Source of the DNA: Amoeboaphelidium protococcarum X5
Taxonomy: Eukaryota; Fungi; Aphelidiomycota
Direction of reading: 5' to 3'
DNA length: 64,000 nucleotides
Assembly: GCA_023515725.1 (NCBI GenBank)
Contig: JALDTO010000212.1
Span: forward strand, 186,001-250,000
Shown here: positions 1 through 13,489 of the stretch, one piece after another
Position numbering within the stretch: the stretch's first letter is position 1
Layout: each line of letters begins with the position of its first letter
Made by a program: the position numbers and the translations under genes
The notes under the pieces: generated by a model
What the model was told of the DNA's origin: nothing
Database searches by the model: none
What the model saw: the letters and a program-made list of their open reading frames with translations, nothing else

Positions 1-960
1 ACAATATTAAGCATATTGAATCACCCAGAGCAACCAGCGAATGCGCAGCTTGAGTATTGATGTTGTCTGCGCGCAATTCTAACAGCTAGACAATTGCTCG
101 CGCGGCCTTGTTTATGATTAACCGAGCAATTCTATCAATTAGAATGGAACAGCACATCGAGTAGATGATACCTTGAGCACAGTTGGAAACTACTTAGATA
201 TACACTTTTGACCATACTGAATTTCCCAAAGCAGTCGGCAAATACTTAGCATGAGTTTTGCCGTTGTGAGTGAGCAGTTTGACACTAAGACGCTCGCAGT
301 GGCGCAATGAGTGGCTGCGCGTAGTCAAAACTGGACTTCTCGCCGCTCTCAAAGGGTCATCATTCAGTCTTTGACCATTCTCAATAGTACCATTCTAAAG
401 AGCATTCAAAACTACACCTATCCACTAAATATTAGTGTTTCAACATCACTCCTCATAACGCCAGACACTTTAGCCATAAAATCTGGCTAATCTCTTGACT
501 TTAGCTATAAAATCTGGCTAAAGTATCTCACCATTCGAGGCTGGCGAATTCGCACTTGAAGTAAGACTATATAGATTCGAAATAGTCTACTGCATAGATC
601 CATAAAGATCTGAAGTGGTGAGAGTGTTTATTGGCGGCACGTTAGTTGATTGATTGTGCAAAAGTAGCGACACATGGTGTTATCTGGAGTTCAACTGGCG
701 GTAACAATGTCGCCACTCAAGTAATGACCAATTTCATTGGTACCAGCTTGTAGCGCATCCAATGATATACTAGTTCACCATATATTATCGAGTAATAATG
801 GTGAGCATATGCGGATTTGTGAAGTCTGCCAATTGACAGAGTTGTGGTTAAACCGCGATCTGCATATTCCAGGCTGAGATCGGAGAGTAGACAGGTGCTT
901 CACTATCAGAATACACTAAGTTTTGAGTAATGGCAGCTTTATGGTGTTCTAATATTACTT
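1..960 (-). pseudogene. Possible decayed or lineage-specific gene, running off the window edge
   Basis: In table 6 one frame is open from ~418 to 1. A GT-AG intron at ~419-531 would join it to an upstream frame that contains an in-frame TGA near 734. No family recognised. Confidence 0.3.
463..528. repeat. Tandem 24-bp palindromic units with ~14-bp outer inverted repeats (MITE-like)
   Basis: ACTTTAGCCATAAAATCTGGCTAA (467-490) and ACTTTAGCTATAAAATCTGGCTAA (498-521) differ at 1 base. 463-476 and 515-528 are inverted copies with 1 mismatch. Confidence 0.75.
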
Positions 961-1887
961 ACTACCCATGCTGCCAAATAGTCACTGGTTAGGTGCCGCC
1001 TCACCTGGAGTTTACCGAGCGATCCTAAAGAGTAGAATGTAACAGCGCACTCAGTAGGCAACTTGAGCATACTTATTAATCAGGAGCAGTCAGAAAACGC
1101 GCAATAAGTTTGTGTGTAAGCAGTCTAATATTTTAAACACTCGCTAGCGATATGAGGAATGGCTGGACGGACTGCACCACTGATTGGTTAATGTTAGGAC
1201 ATTCAACTACAGATCTTTAAAGGCGGTTTAATATTTTTGTTTCGTCTTAAGCATGATATTCGTAATCTACAATTAATTTAACCCAAAACTATTACGCGTT
1301 TACTTTTTTGGTGTAAAAGTAATGATTGTTTCAATGATTTCTGTATCGAATGGCTATTTCACATACTTACTGCGCTACTGTATTAGCTGTTAGAATCACA
1401 AAAGTAATTATCGTATACCTTTACTACTTCCTAACTCTTCTGTTTGGTGCATCATAGATTTAAAAAATTATTTTTTTTGTAAGTATGGTTTCATAAAATG
1501 TTTAGGAATTTATAGGGACTTTGATGTCGAGACGCGCATTGACTCGTAAATTCGGCTTTGCTTTGAATAATTCTATATCTTTATTGCACTTCTTTTGATA
1601 TAGTATTACCTATCGAATATCTTTCATTAAATCATCTAAGCTTACAAGGTAGCAATTGAGCAGCGTCAATTTTTGAATAACACCTGGAACTGAACGCGAT
1701 TGCAGACTTTGAAGCTGACGTCTTTTCAGTCGTTCAGCCTCGTTCCTTTGCTTTATTTAAACGTGCGTTACTTTCTGCTAATTCTGTGAGACAAGAAGTA
1801 CTTATAGTGTTAATAAATAATATTTAACTATTCGCTAACGTCATTATCCAATAGAAGGTGTTAAAACTAGCAAAAGTATAGTAAATA

Positions 1888-2739
1888 ATGTTTCCAGAGT
1901 GTCCGCTACCTTTTGATTAGACCAACTATATGAATAATAGTGGTAGTACCAACTTGAAGGCTGCTCACTACAGCGATCCAATGACTCGCACGCAACAGCC
2001 AATTGTGACTGGAAGTTCTGTGCTGGCAGTCAAGTACAAGGACGGTATTGTTATGGCGGCAGACTCGCTTGCTAGTTACGGATCGCTGGCAAGATTTAGG
2101 GATGAGGTGCGTATAGTGGAAGTTAACAATTGTCTGGTGGGTGCGAGCGGTGACTTTGGCGACTTTCAGTATGTCAAGGACTAGTTGGACTCGCTGGCCA
2201 TTGCCGAGTCTATTCGCAATGATGCTGATACTCTCTCCGCAGATAATGTGTATCAGTACTTGAGTCAGATGATGTATTAACGCAGAACCAAGATGAACCC
2301 GCTGTGGAACAGTTTCATTGTCGGTGGTGTGGATGTGAAGAAGGATGGAAGTGGGGATAAGGAACTGGTGCTTGGATGTGTGAATCTGCATGGAACCACT
2401 TGGTAATCCGACTGTCTGGCCACTGGCTTTGGTGCGTATTTGGCATAGCCGCTGTTGCGCAAGCTGTATGAAAAGTATCCTGGCACTAATCAGGACTCGT
2501 CAGCACAATCGCAGTAATAATTCCAAGGATACAAGGCGATAACTTTAGAACAGGCTATTGAAGTTCTAGAGTCATGTATGCGTGTGCTGTGGTGCCGTGA
2601 TGCTCGCAGTAGCAAGAGATATTATCGCGGTGTGTGCAAGTATGTGAATGGACAAGTGCAGACTGCTGTCGAAGGACCATTTGAAGTTGAGGCAGAGTGG
2701 GGATTCGCAGAGGATGTTAAGGGATATGGACGTTCTTGA
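1888..2739 (+). CDS. PSMB4: 20S proteasome subunit beta-7 (Pre4/PSMB4)
   Basis: [28 protein letters not shown](TAA=Q)[12 protein letters not shown](TAG=Q)PLLR, DARSS. Single ORF ending in TGA. Confidence 0.97.
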
Positions 2740-2870
2740 ACTTGGTTTGTGAATACTGATACTCCTTACTATACTTGACTGAATTTAAATATAGTTATGT
2801 ATAATCAGCTCAAATTGAACATGTTTTATTATTCACACTTTAAAAACATTATCCACTAAATGATGAATGG

Positions 2871-5534
2871 TCACTGTGTAACTTTTACAAATACATCCTC
2901 CAGTCCTGTTCTTTTGACTGAAATCTTGGTGATTAGCTTTAACTTATCTCCGCCTTGAAGCTATTTAAGCAACTCGTAAAACTAATCATCTTCTTGCGGA
3001 ACATTAATAACAGCCAGATATTAAGTCTCCAAATGCTGTTAAGTAAAAGATTCCATGGATGCAGCAGGACAAAACCTTTGTATAATCCCAATCAGATGGA
3101 GTTTGAATTCAGATATACTTTGATCTAAATGAGAGCAATCTAGCAAAAGCTCCAAATTGAGAGCACCAAATCGAGATTTCAGACTTAATGAAGTTCCACA
3201 ACATTCGATTTGGCCATTCTTCATGATCAGCACTTTATCAGATAAGACATCACACTCTTCCATAGAGTGAGTGATCAATAAAATAAGTCGATTCTGCTTC
3301 ATCTCTTGAATAAGATTCCACAAATCGCGTCGAATATATGGATCAACACCAGATGTGCACTCATCCAATATGACCACTTTGGCATGGAGGAACGCCATCG
3401 CTGCACATAGACGCCTCTTCATTCCACCAGAGAATTGATATACTGGCCGATATCGCTATTGCCATAAATTCACAGAATGCAGAAGAAACTCAATCTACCG
3501 AGATGCTTAGACAGGATCCATCATCTTGATCTTACTCAACATGATCATATGCTCCAGGGGAGTCAGCTCCTTGAAGAGAATATCTTGTTGAGAGCATACA
3601 CCCAAAATCTTGCGGATATCAAAACTCTGCTTTGACAATAGCTTTCTATCAATAAGAGCATCACCATAAGTAGACTTTATCAATCCTACCAGCATATTGA
3701 CAGTGGTAGATTTACCGGCTCCATTTCTGCCTAATATAGCAAGTATTTCACCTTAATCTGCAGAGAACCAAATCTAATTCACAGCTTTGAATTCTTTCTT
3801 GTTATTACTATTTAGCAATGATGCAGAAGATTTGTACACTTTAGTTAAACCATAAACTTACAAGAGCGGCGCGTTATCAGTCAATACTTGATCAGATTCA
3901 ATAAGATCAGCAACGTCCTGCTCCATCTTGACAACATCCATACGCAACGATGACTATTATGTTCCACTTTATTAAATATTCAAAAATCTCAATAATTTAT
4001 GGAAATCAAACTTCTTTACGTTGAACCATTTATTGTTCCAAAATCTGGGTAAAAATGGTTCATACCAGTACAATCCTTCCGAGTCTGCATTAGACAATAT
4101 TTAATCCAAGTAGACAGCCAACACTCCAAACATCACAAAATTAACAGCGAGCATAAGGACTGAGTACTCCAGAGTTGGCATTGGAATCTACTTAATTACT
4201 GGAGGATAAACTGAATCATTGACAGTCTCATTATGATAACGCACACGCCAAAGATCAGACCAGTGATATCGAGCACTCTCTGACGCTTACAACCTGGTAC
4301 TAATCTCACAAAATCCCTCAGCCAAATTGTAAGATGGAAACAGAAGCGACAGTATTACCGGGACAATGCTATTAACAGTATCAGGATTATTTAATGCATC
4401 TTTAGCCTGAGTCTTTCCCACGATGGCCACAATCAGCAGACCGAGTATGAAATGCAGCATACCAATGTTCAAAGAACTCTTGGCACGTTAAATAAACACG
4501 TAATTTAATAGAGCAAATGCAGTCAGAGCCACAGAGAATACGCCAAATAACAGAAATATAACACCAGCATTTACATTGACAAAGAATTTCAAACGTAACG
4601 CGAATCCAGTCAGATAAAGCACTGCGACAGCAATCATGGATACGATGGTGCCCCATACGACAACAGAGAAGTAATACGCGGTATCAACCATTCCATTCAA
4701 TCGCAGATACTAAACCAATCTAGTATCCTTCTCACTGCACACATTGTAAAGCAGAATAATGAACTAGAACATGATGCCACAGTAAAAGAAGACTGGTCCA
4801 AGATCATCAGATGCAGATTCTCCCGACCTGAAGCCCAATTTAGGATATGCCTTCTTGTTAAAATGGAGCATCTCGCGCGCTTATTACGCAGAGATCTAAT
4901 CAGTGACACTTATATCACTATGTCCAACAAGCGTTAACGACTATCGACTTAAACGGCGATTATAATGAAATCTGAATATAGCTTAATCTACAGCTATGTG
5001 TAATTCATTTCTGTTCTCTGGCTTCCTTGCAGGACTGAAAATCATGATCGGATCCAGAGTGGAGTTGTACATGATAGTGTACTTGTAACCAGTGTCAACA
5101 TCATCATTAAATATAATGGCATTAGTGGTAGTATTAGGATGCTGCTTGATATAATCAACAAGACTATCTCTATCAGGCATCTACTCAAACTCTTCCACCG
5201 GGAGTCCACTCTACTCAATGACGTACTGCATCAGAGTGGTGTAATCGTCACGAGGTGGGATGACATACCTCACAGTCTTGCACGGCACTCCATTCCACAG
5301 TCTACATCTCTAAATGGATCCAAATTCTTGTATAGGAGGATTAATATCGCGAATGAGAGGATTGTATGGATTATCGCGAATATCTTTGGGCAGAAGGTCA
5401 ACAAAGTACAACAGGGACACAAATACTAATGGACACAGCAATTACATAACAGTCAATTTCCATCTTCTCTTTGTGAATAATACATTTTTATACATTAACG
5501 CATTAAAATGCGCCCAAAATCTACCAATGCTCAT
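2871..5534 (-). CDS. ABCA-subfamily half-size ABC transporter (TMD+NBD)
   Basis: 887-aa intronless table-6 ORF joining five track fragments. Walker A GRNGAGKST, signature SGGMKRRL, ILDECTSGVDP, THSMEEC, terminal LEDVF. Confidence 0.93.
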
Positions 5535-6138
5535 GTTCAGTCTCTTATACGGTACTCTAACAGTACGCAGTTAAGAATGACTCAATCAAATCAATTGAGA
5601 GATCGAAAGAAAGATCGCGGAGTTAAATCAAGTGATTACTTCATACATGTGTTTCACCTACTTGATCGATATTGTTTCGGTGGATGGAATACTAAGCAAT
5701 TTTAATTTAATTGATGAATATAGTAGAAAGTTTCAAGCTTAAAGAATAATCCGCGTGTATATAGTAATAATAATATTGATTTTAAATATTACTACGTGAA
5801 AAAGATTTATCGATGCACAGAATACTGGTTAATAACAAACTACAGTGGATTCTTGTCAAATAATATAGAAATGTACATCCAAAATGCAGTATCATTCATA
5901 ACGTTCTGCCTTTGTTTTTGGACTGTCTTGCATCTCTAATCTCTCAGTAGGAAGTCCTCGCTCAAACATTGCGCGTCGTCTCGTTCAACCTTAACGCGTC
6001 GTCGTCGGCTTTCTCTTTCGTCAGATTTTGATCAAAGCAATTACAGTGAGACCCCTTGCTTGATTTTCACTAATTTTAGTTCTTTTCCACATTTTTCCTG
6101 CAATAAGCCAATTCGTCAGAATATTATAATTTAAAAAA

Positions 6139-6684
6139 ATGACTGGATTATCTTTGAAGAGTGCGCTGGTGTCTGTTGGCGCGTTGCTTTCCGTCTCGCT
6201 GGTTGGATACGCTGTATATTTTGATTATCGTAGACGTAATGATACCGAATTCCGTCGATCCATCCTGAAGAGTAAGAAGCTGGTAGAGTAGAAGTAGTAA
6301 GAGGAGGAGAAGTAAAAGCAGGAAGAGCTGCTTGAGTCTCTCCAGAAGGCTATGGATCTTGTGAAGGCGATAGAGTATCCAAAGAGTGCTGATGAGCGCG
6401 AAAGATTTTTCATGGCTCAGATTCAGGCCGGTGAGAAGGCGTATCTCACTGGCGCTCCTGTGCACGAATCTGCAGCTTTCTTCTATGCAGCTGTAAAGAT
6501 TTGTCCTAATCAGATGGAGTTGCTGATGATCTTGTAGAAAACTGCTCCTGCCGATGTTGTTAGTCTGGTGTACGCGATGGTGACGTCAGAGGTAAGTCAG
6601 GCCGAGCTGGCAGGCGGTGTAAGTGGTGGAAAAAAGTCGCAGGGTGGAATGCAAGTTTAGCCTTAAATTGTCACTCTGGATTGA
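6139..6684 (+). CDS. TOM20: Mitochondrial import receptor Tom20 (short, intron-retained form)
   Basis: N-terminal TM anchor, then GYAVYFDYRRRNDTEFRR, ERFFMAQIQAGE, FYAAVKICPNQMELLMILQKT. Ends in TGA at 6682-6684. Confidence 0.92.
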
Positions 6685-6914
6685 GGGTACTTACTCGTTT
6701 ATCATTTATCGTATTTTATGTTAGTATTAGCTATGCGCGTGGTTTAACATACAATAGATGGAGTATATAATTCATAAAGGCTAATCTTGCATTTCGCTTT
6801 GACCTTGACTTCTCCCCTCATGCCATGGCTGTTTATCACTCTCAGCACCGCCTGTCTAGCCATTAATATTAATAGCCATTATCATCATCATCTTTATACA
6901 CTCATTTTGTGTAG

Positions 6915-8072
6915 GAGTAAACTAGTATGTCTGATTATTTTAAGCGTCTGTGCAGTAAATATCCAACTGTTGGTATTAAGGCGCGTCACTTTGAATCTTC
7001 AGACCCTGAGCAGCCAAAGAAGGTACTGTACAGTTTGGTGGCAGCGCGTGATCTTAAGGCTGATGATGTTATTTACATTGAAGATCCAACAGTCTCCGTG
7101 CTGAATATCAAAACTATGCAAGGTGGACAGTATTGTCACAATTCTTTGGAGTACTTGCCTGAGAGTGAGAGCGGAGATTTCGAGAAGATGATTTCGTGTG
7201 AATTGTGTCGCGATAAAGCTGTATTTAGCACCACTGCTGATATGGAACGTGCCATGGGAGAGTATCATATGATATTGTGTCCTGGTAATTCAGCATGTCC
7301 TCAAGCGAAAGTGCTGTATGATTACTGTGTTGCAAATCAATGCACTTATCCAATGATGGTCGCCAAATTCATGGCTAGAATGGTGTGGAAGCAGACTGTG
7401 CTTGCGCAGACTTAGAAGAATGCCACTTAAGAGGCATAGTTGTTGGAAGAGTGGGAGCATTTGGAGCGTCTGCCAGTCCATTAATTGGATGTTCAGGATG
7501 AGGCTTTGAATAAGGAGGCTGAGATGGTCCGTGATGTATTGAAGTTTGCTGCACCCAATGCCGACAAGTTTTTGACTGTTGAGCGTTATGCTGCTATTAA
7601 AGGTGCCTTCATCTATAATAGCGTTGGCATTGTGCCAGAGAGTGAAAATGCTATCGAGGGATCTGTGGCAACCACCAACCAGACTTCAGAGTTCTTGCCG
7701 CGTTCATCGTATTCACCCGACCAAGTTATTGGATCAGGATTGTACTTTGTCACATCTTATGCTTCCCACTCTTGTACTCCTAATGCTGTCGCGTCTTACA
7801 AGTTTGCCCATACCCGTCGCCATAAGTACAAGTCTGATCCACTGCACACGTATGTTAGTCCAAAGTTGGTTCTGCGTGCATCCACGGATATTAAATAAGG
7901 AGAGCTTATCACTATGGCGTATGTTGAATGTCACAATAGCACTTCGCTGGAGAATCGCTGGGTCCAGTTGATTCGTACTTGGGGAGAGGCATGCATTTGC
8001 ACCAAGTGTAAAGATGAGGAGCAGAAGTTGATGGAGAATATCAATACTGAAACTGCAGTGGCTGGGCGTTGA
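6915..8072 (+). CDS. SET-domain (SMYD/Set5-like) lysine methyltransferase; probably exon 2 of a Tom20-SET fusion (own ATG at 6927)
   Basis: LVAARDLKADDVIYIEDP, Cys-rich insert, GSGLYFVTSYASHSCTPNA, DIKQGELITMAYV, post-SET CICTKC. Preceded by acceptor TTGTGTAG ending at 6914. Confidence 0.88.
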
Positions 8073-8189
8073 TTGTCTTGGGTTGTGCACATTGGACATT
8101 GCGAATTGAGTTGATAAAGATATTATCCGTGATATAAAGTTGAATAAATAGTTAGAGAGATAAAATCAGTTTTGAGAATTCATTCACCA

Positions 8190-9655
8190 TCATTTCATTA
8201 GCGACAACCTGCCTTTACACAGACCACATACTTTCGCGGTGATGTCAATACTTTTCGAGTGTCTGCCGTAAATGTGCCCACATTCCTCATTGATACAGAC
8301 ATAGTTGTACTTGTAGGTTATTTCATAGTCGTGCTTAATAGGAACCTTAATTACCAAATCAGCATCGAACACTTTGCTATTGTAATGACTTTCAAATAAG
8401 GCTGCGTAGTGTTTGAACCATTTTCCATGCGGTGGCTGATTAAGGTCATTAAATACCCAAACTGCCAAGTGACACATCTCTACATTAGAAACAGTGAGCA
8501 GCTAATCGAATTTCGTTGTGGCATAAACGTTTAGAATTTCAATATAATCTTACCGTGAGCTAAAGTTTCTCGAAGCTTTCGCTTAGTGTCCAAGATCTTC
8601 TGTGACAATGCTATACTACACCGTGCGGACACCTTTTAATACTCTGCACTTCCAGCTGTCTTGCGCAAAGTTTTGGACCATTTCAATTCAACATTCTCAA
8701 GTTTCCCTTCAAATAAAGTCTGGTTGAACTCATCAAAGTATTCCGCAGCTAATGTATGTTGATCTCGCGTTGATAGAGATTTCTGTTATGTTTTCTACTG
8801 GTGGAACAACAGCTTCCTTACTGATGCAGGTGTGTTGATGGGACTATCAATCAATTTCTTTTATAGAGGAGTCTTTGGAGGCTAGTTGAATACGTCCGAC
8901 CAGTCAGATATACGCTTGTTCTGCGGCTTCAAAGCTGATTTTGGAATATTTATCTCTAGGTGAGCATTCTCATTCGCGTCATCATCATTATCATCTTCAG
9001 AGTCGCTGCAAATCACCGCCATCTTTTTCATACTCTTCACGATAATATCAGCTTAATCGTCAGATTCAACCTCTTCATGCTCACCTTTGGAATCAGAATC
9101 TAGATTCAGATTATCTACAATGTTATCACCATCTTACCCAGTTAGATCAATAGCAAAGGACATAGCATCATAAAAAGTGTCGCTATCAAATCCACCAATA
9201 GCTCCAGCCAATTACCGACGTGTATTATCCTCCGCCTCAGAGTCAGAGTCTTGCAAAACTATAATACTAAATCTTTTCTATCTATCCGAAGTCTAATTCG
9301 TTATAGTATCTTCTTTATCATTCATATCCTTCATGTATGTTGTTTCAAGTTCATCTTCTTACGTGCAATGGATGCAGCTACTGCCATCATCATTCTCCAC
9401 TAGAAAAGCTTAAGACAGTCGCTTCAATTTAAAATTTTAATTCTGAATTAAGAGTTTTGACGATGTAATTTAGTTCTGCAATGCATCTTACTCTTTTATC
9501 AATGGAGTAACAATAGTGCACGTCTTCTCAAAGGCTTCGACGTTTTTATCAACGTTGTTCAATGTCGGTATTTGAGGCAGTTACAACTAGGAGCGAATGT
9601 TCTTTTTCTTTTACGGTGTCGCAGATGCTATCGGTGTTCTAACCTCTCTGACCAT
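8190..9655 (-). CDS. SprT-like metalloprotease with acidic disordered N-terminus (GCNA/ACRC-like); intron 8480-8553
   Basis: WSKTLRKTAG, TLAH/EMCH (HExxH split by a GT-AG intron), PPHGKWF, YGRHSKSID, CGLCKGRL. Confidence 0.9.
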
Positions 9656-10006
9656 CTCTAATCAAAATCTGTATCTTGAGAACTTGATAACCAAAAAGGC
9701 AAAGGATTAAAAAACAAAACAGCGCAGTGGATGCACCCTTCACACACAATAAGAACTGAGATGGAGAGATATGTCAACGATAACGGCTCAGAAGTAACAA
9801 CAGTTTCACTTCATATTGGTTGAAACACGGCGCTTTGTTTTGTCTCGCTCTTCAAATGTTCTCTGTTTTCAAAGTGGGGAACGTTCTCTTTCGATTTCCT
9901 TCTTTCGCAAGCGCGTCGTTGTTTCTCTCTCGTTTTGAATATCACCAAGTTGCAAAGACTTTTTTACAGTACTTAAGAGCACGCACATAACATTTATACA
10001 TTGAAC

Positions 10007-10969
10007 ATGACGAATCAGCATTAGGGATTGGGAAAGCATGACCAAGTTTGGGATTTGAAGGTGAGTGAGCTGGTTAAGGACTAGAAGCCGGTGGTGATTG
10101 ATTCAGAGATGAAGGTTGAGGAGGCGGCCATGATTCTGGTGGAGAACTCCATCAGCAGTGCCCCAGTGTATAACGCAAATAAGAAGGCGTATGTTGGCAT
10201 GTTTGACTACTAGGACTTGGTGGCGTATCTGCTGAAAGTTCATGAAGAGAAGACTATTAAGGAGGGAGAAGAGTTGAAGATTTCGGAGGCTGTGCGCAGA
10301 GGAATGACTAATCATGGCATGGTCGAGGTGAAGCTGGTCTCTGACCTGTCTGACAACAATCCGTTCTACACCATCACCCATGACACTAGTTTGCGTGAGG
10401 TTATGTCTGTATTTAGTCAGGATATTCATCGCGTTGTTGTCATGAAGGAGTCTGAGTTGATTGGAGTATTGACACAGTCTAATGTTATGGCTCACCTGTT
10501 CAAGAATGCTGGTACTCATTTGCCTGCGTTCCGTAAGAGTCTATCAGAACTCAAGGTTGTTAACGAAAACATCCAGTCTGTGGCTGCTGAGTCGTCCACC
10601 TGGTCCGCGATGTCTTTAATGCACAAGAACAAGCGCACCTCTCTCCCAATTCTGGATAAGAATGGTTCCATTGTTGGTTCAGTCTCGCTTTCTGATATTA
10701 AATATGCTTTGAAGCGCTACAATTTCACCCTATTGCATAAGCCAGTGTTTCAGTTTGTGCAGTATGTACGTAATGCTTAAGGTATCGAAGCTGGACAGGA
10801 TCGATTCCCAGTGTTTGAAGTTGGTCAGAATGATCATCTGTCTTTGGCTGTGGGTAAAATGGTAGCCACTCGTGCACACCGCGTCTGGGTTGTGAACTAG
10901 AACAGAAAGTGTGTCGGATGTGTATCTTTGACTGATGCCCTGAAAGTTTTAGTTCCTGATAGTTAATGA
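10007..10969 (+). CDS. CBS-domain protein, Sds23/Moc1-like
   Basis: Tandem CBS motifs: ISSAPV, GMFDYQDLVAYLL, IHRVVV, RFPVFEV, KMVATRAHRVWVV, GCVSLTD. Confidence 0.85.
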
Positions 10970-11206
10970 ACAATTTCGATTTTTACAATTATCGTGTGTA
11001 TTTGAATATGGGGATGCAATTTTGCTCGTGTGAATTCTATTCTACTATGATTAAAAATATTGAATTTTCTATTTTGTAATTGCTTTTGAATTAACAGCCT
11101 TTCTACATGGAAGGTAGATGAAATCTCGAAAACTTAAAATTAAAAAAAATGGAATATATTTTATTTCAAAGATGTCAGAGTTAAAAGCCTTGGTTAAACA
11201 GTAGTT

Positions 11207-12274
11207 TCAGTAGTCAGAGTTATCATATGTTGACTGGTTCAGTCTAGATTCAATACAAGTGATGCAAGTGCATAGATTATCATCTGAATCTTCGTTTCCA
11301 TCGGTATTATCATCGTCATCAGAATCATCATCATCATCGTCAGAACCTTACTCATATTCCCCAATATGGCTATCATTGTCAGAGTCAGAGTCTTCCTCAG
11401 AGTCATCATCTTCACTTATGTCATCAGATGGATATGATAAGCCATGAAGTTCTCTGACCATTTGATCGCCATCTTCATCACTGCTACTGTCACTGCTGCT
11501 AATGTCACTGGTACCATCGTCATTTTCATTATTCGCATTACTTTACCCAACATTTAAACTATTCGCCCAACTCGCACCTGAGGCAGCTCCAGGGCCAGAG
11601 ATGATACCAATCCATTGCTCTGGAGTTAGTGAAGCAAGAGCGGCATTCTACTATTGGGTATTGATATAATCATCATCAGAGTCCGCTGCTGAAGGACTTC
11701 TAGCAAATCGAGAACTTGACCGGGAAACTTCAGCAGAGCCACACTCTTCAACTGGTGGAACTAGTGCATTTCTTCTTCTCATTATTACTGGGAAAGTTGG
11801 AAAGATACCATCAGTTTCATGTCTTCTTTCTCTTTCATACTCTTTTAATTGATTCAACAGTTTTATCAATTCTGGATCATTCTCGGATTCAGCAGCAATT
11901 TCAAGTGGACTCTTCTTCTTAGGTGGGATTCCGGGGACCTGAGAGTGCACGTTTCTTGACTCAATAGACATACGAAGAGACGCCTCAGCAAATTGTCTGC
12001 CACGTCTGCGTCTGATCGTGGGCAGGTTATTGTTCCGGCTGAGAAAAGCATCGTAACGGCCAGAGTGTACAATTCTACCATAACTGGAGGCAAAAAAGCT
12101 GAAAGGATCAGCAGCTCTATTTGACTGGAACGCACCACGCTTCTTCTACTCGGAATACCATGAAGTTGATTTTTCTACATGTAAAACAGCGATAAATATT
12201 GGAATTTAAATGAAGAGGAATATTAACTTACATTTTCTCTTTGTAGTTCTACTGTCAGAAATTAGTCTTCCCAT
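11207..12274 (-). CDS. Hypothetical acidic low-complexity protein; intron 12175-12231
   Basis: ATG, a GTAAGT...TAG intron that restores the frame, long D/E/S-rich ORF ending in TGA. Confidence 0.65.
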
Positions 12275-12754
12275 AGTTAAAATTATTTATTTACTAGATT
12301 TGTTGAGTTATGACAGGTGCACAATATTTGTAACAGAGAATGAACTGTCAATTAAACTGCTGAGCGTTAGTTAACACGAAAGAGTTGAAACAAGCGACCA
12401 TGTGTTGGTTTTCTCGTTACTTTGAAACAAAAGGCTTGAAGCATCCTGGTCTGAGTGTATCGTCGCCTCTTTCATGTTTCATTCATTCTCTGAATAGACA
12501 GAATTGCGTCATTGCCTCACTTTCCGTTCGAACTATTCTTTTATATATGGTGGCTTCTTTGATGTAAACTCACCTGTCCGCATCTAATATCACCATGATA
12601 CATGCGTTCAGGAAAAAAAGTTTAAATAAACACAATATGAGCCGTATTTTCTCTTAACAAATTGAGTGCACCGCGAATTGATCAGAAAACTACTCAAACT
12701 CACTCCTCTCTCTTTATCGCTATTCTAAAAGCGAAATCTTGAACAAGGAGAAAA

Positions 12755-13489
12755 ATGATCAAACTACGACATAGAGATGATGGAAATACTGATACCAGTA
12801 GGAAGGAGGCTACTATTGAGGAAAAGCTACATGCTCTGAGAGTACTTAATGACACTGACAAGATGTCGGCGGAAGTGCAAAAGTCCTAGCCCAAAGTCTC
12901 TGTTGATTCTCTTTAGTCAATGTTGAGCCAGGCGATTCATAGTAAAGATGTAAAAATGCTGGAAGAATGTCTAGCTGTTTAAGATTAAAAAGTCATCACT
13001 AAAACAGTATATAAACTGCCATCTAAGCATGTCGTGCCATTGCTTGAGCATATAATGACGCGATTTCAGTCTAGATATACTCGGTCTCTATCACTGACCA
13101 GATGGTTACGCGTCATCTTAGTCGTCCATATGGCATAATTGATATCGCAGCCTTTATTGGTAGAAAAGCTTGTTAAACTGCAGTAAGCTGTTGATTATCG
13201 CGCTTAGAACTATGAGAATATGATCAAACTGATGGGAAGGCTTGATGTGATTGATCAGTAATTGAAAGTCAGGCAAGAGATTAATGAGCTAAACTCGTCG
13301 AAATTGGGCCATTTATAAGAGCCAAAAGTTGAGTACAATGAGGATTACTTTGACGGTGATCAACAGTCAGATGACGCTGAGTCTATCCAGAGCAGTGACA
13401 GTGAAGATTCCAATGCTGTTGAAAGTGAGGAAGATCTTTAAAATGGTAATGTAATGACGGACGATGATCAATACAGTGATTTCGAGTGA
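12755..13489 (+). CDS. Utp12/Dip2-domain SSU processome protein (Utp5/WDR43 C-terminal-like)
   Basis: SLQSMLSQAIHSKDVKMLEECL, TVYKLP, WLRVILVVH, KLMGRLDVI, acidic tail. Absent from the ORF track because of TAR codons. Confidence 0.85.

Noticed and set aside
1906-2391. Antisense track ORFs (also 10103-10519, 23252-23809, 57640-58107)
   Set aside because: Shadows of well-supported genes on the opposite strand.
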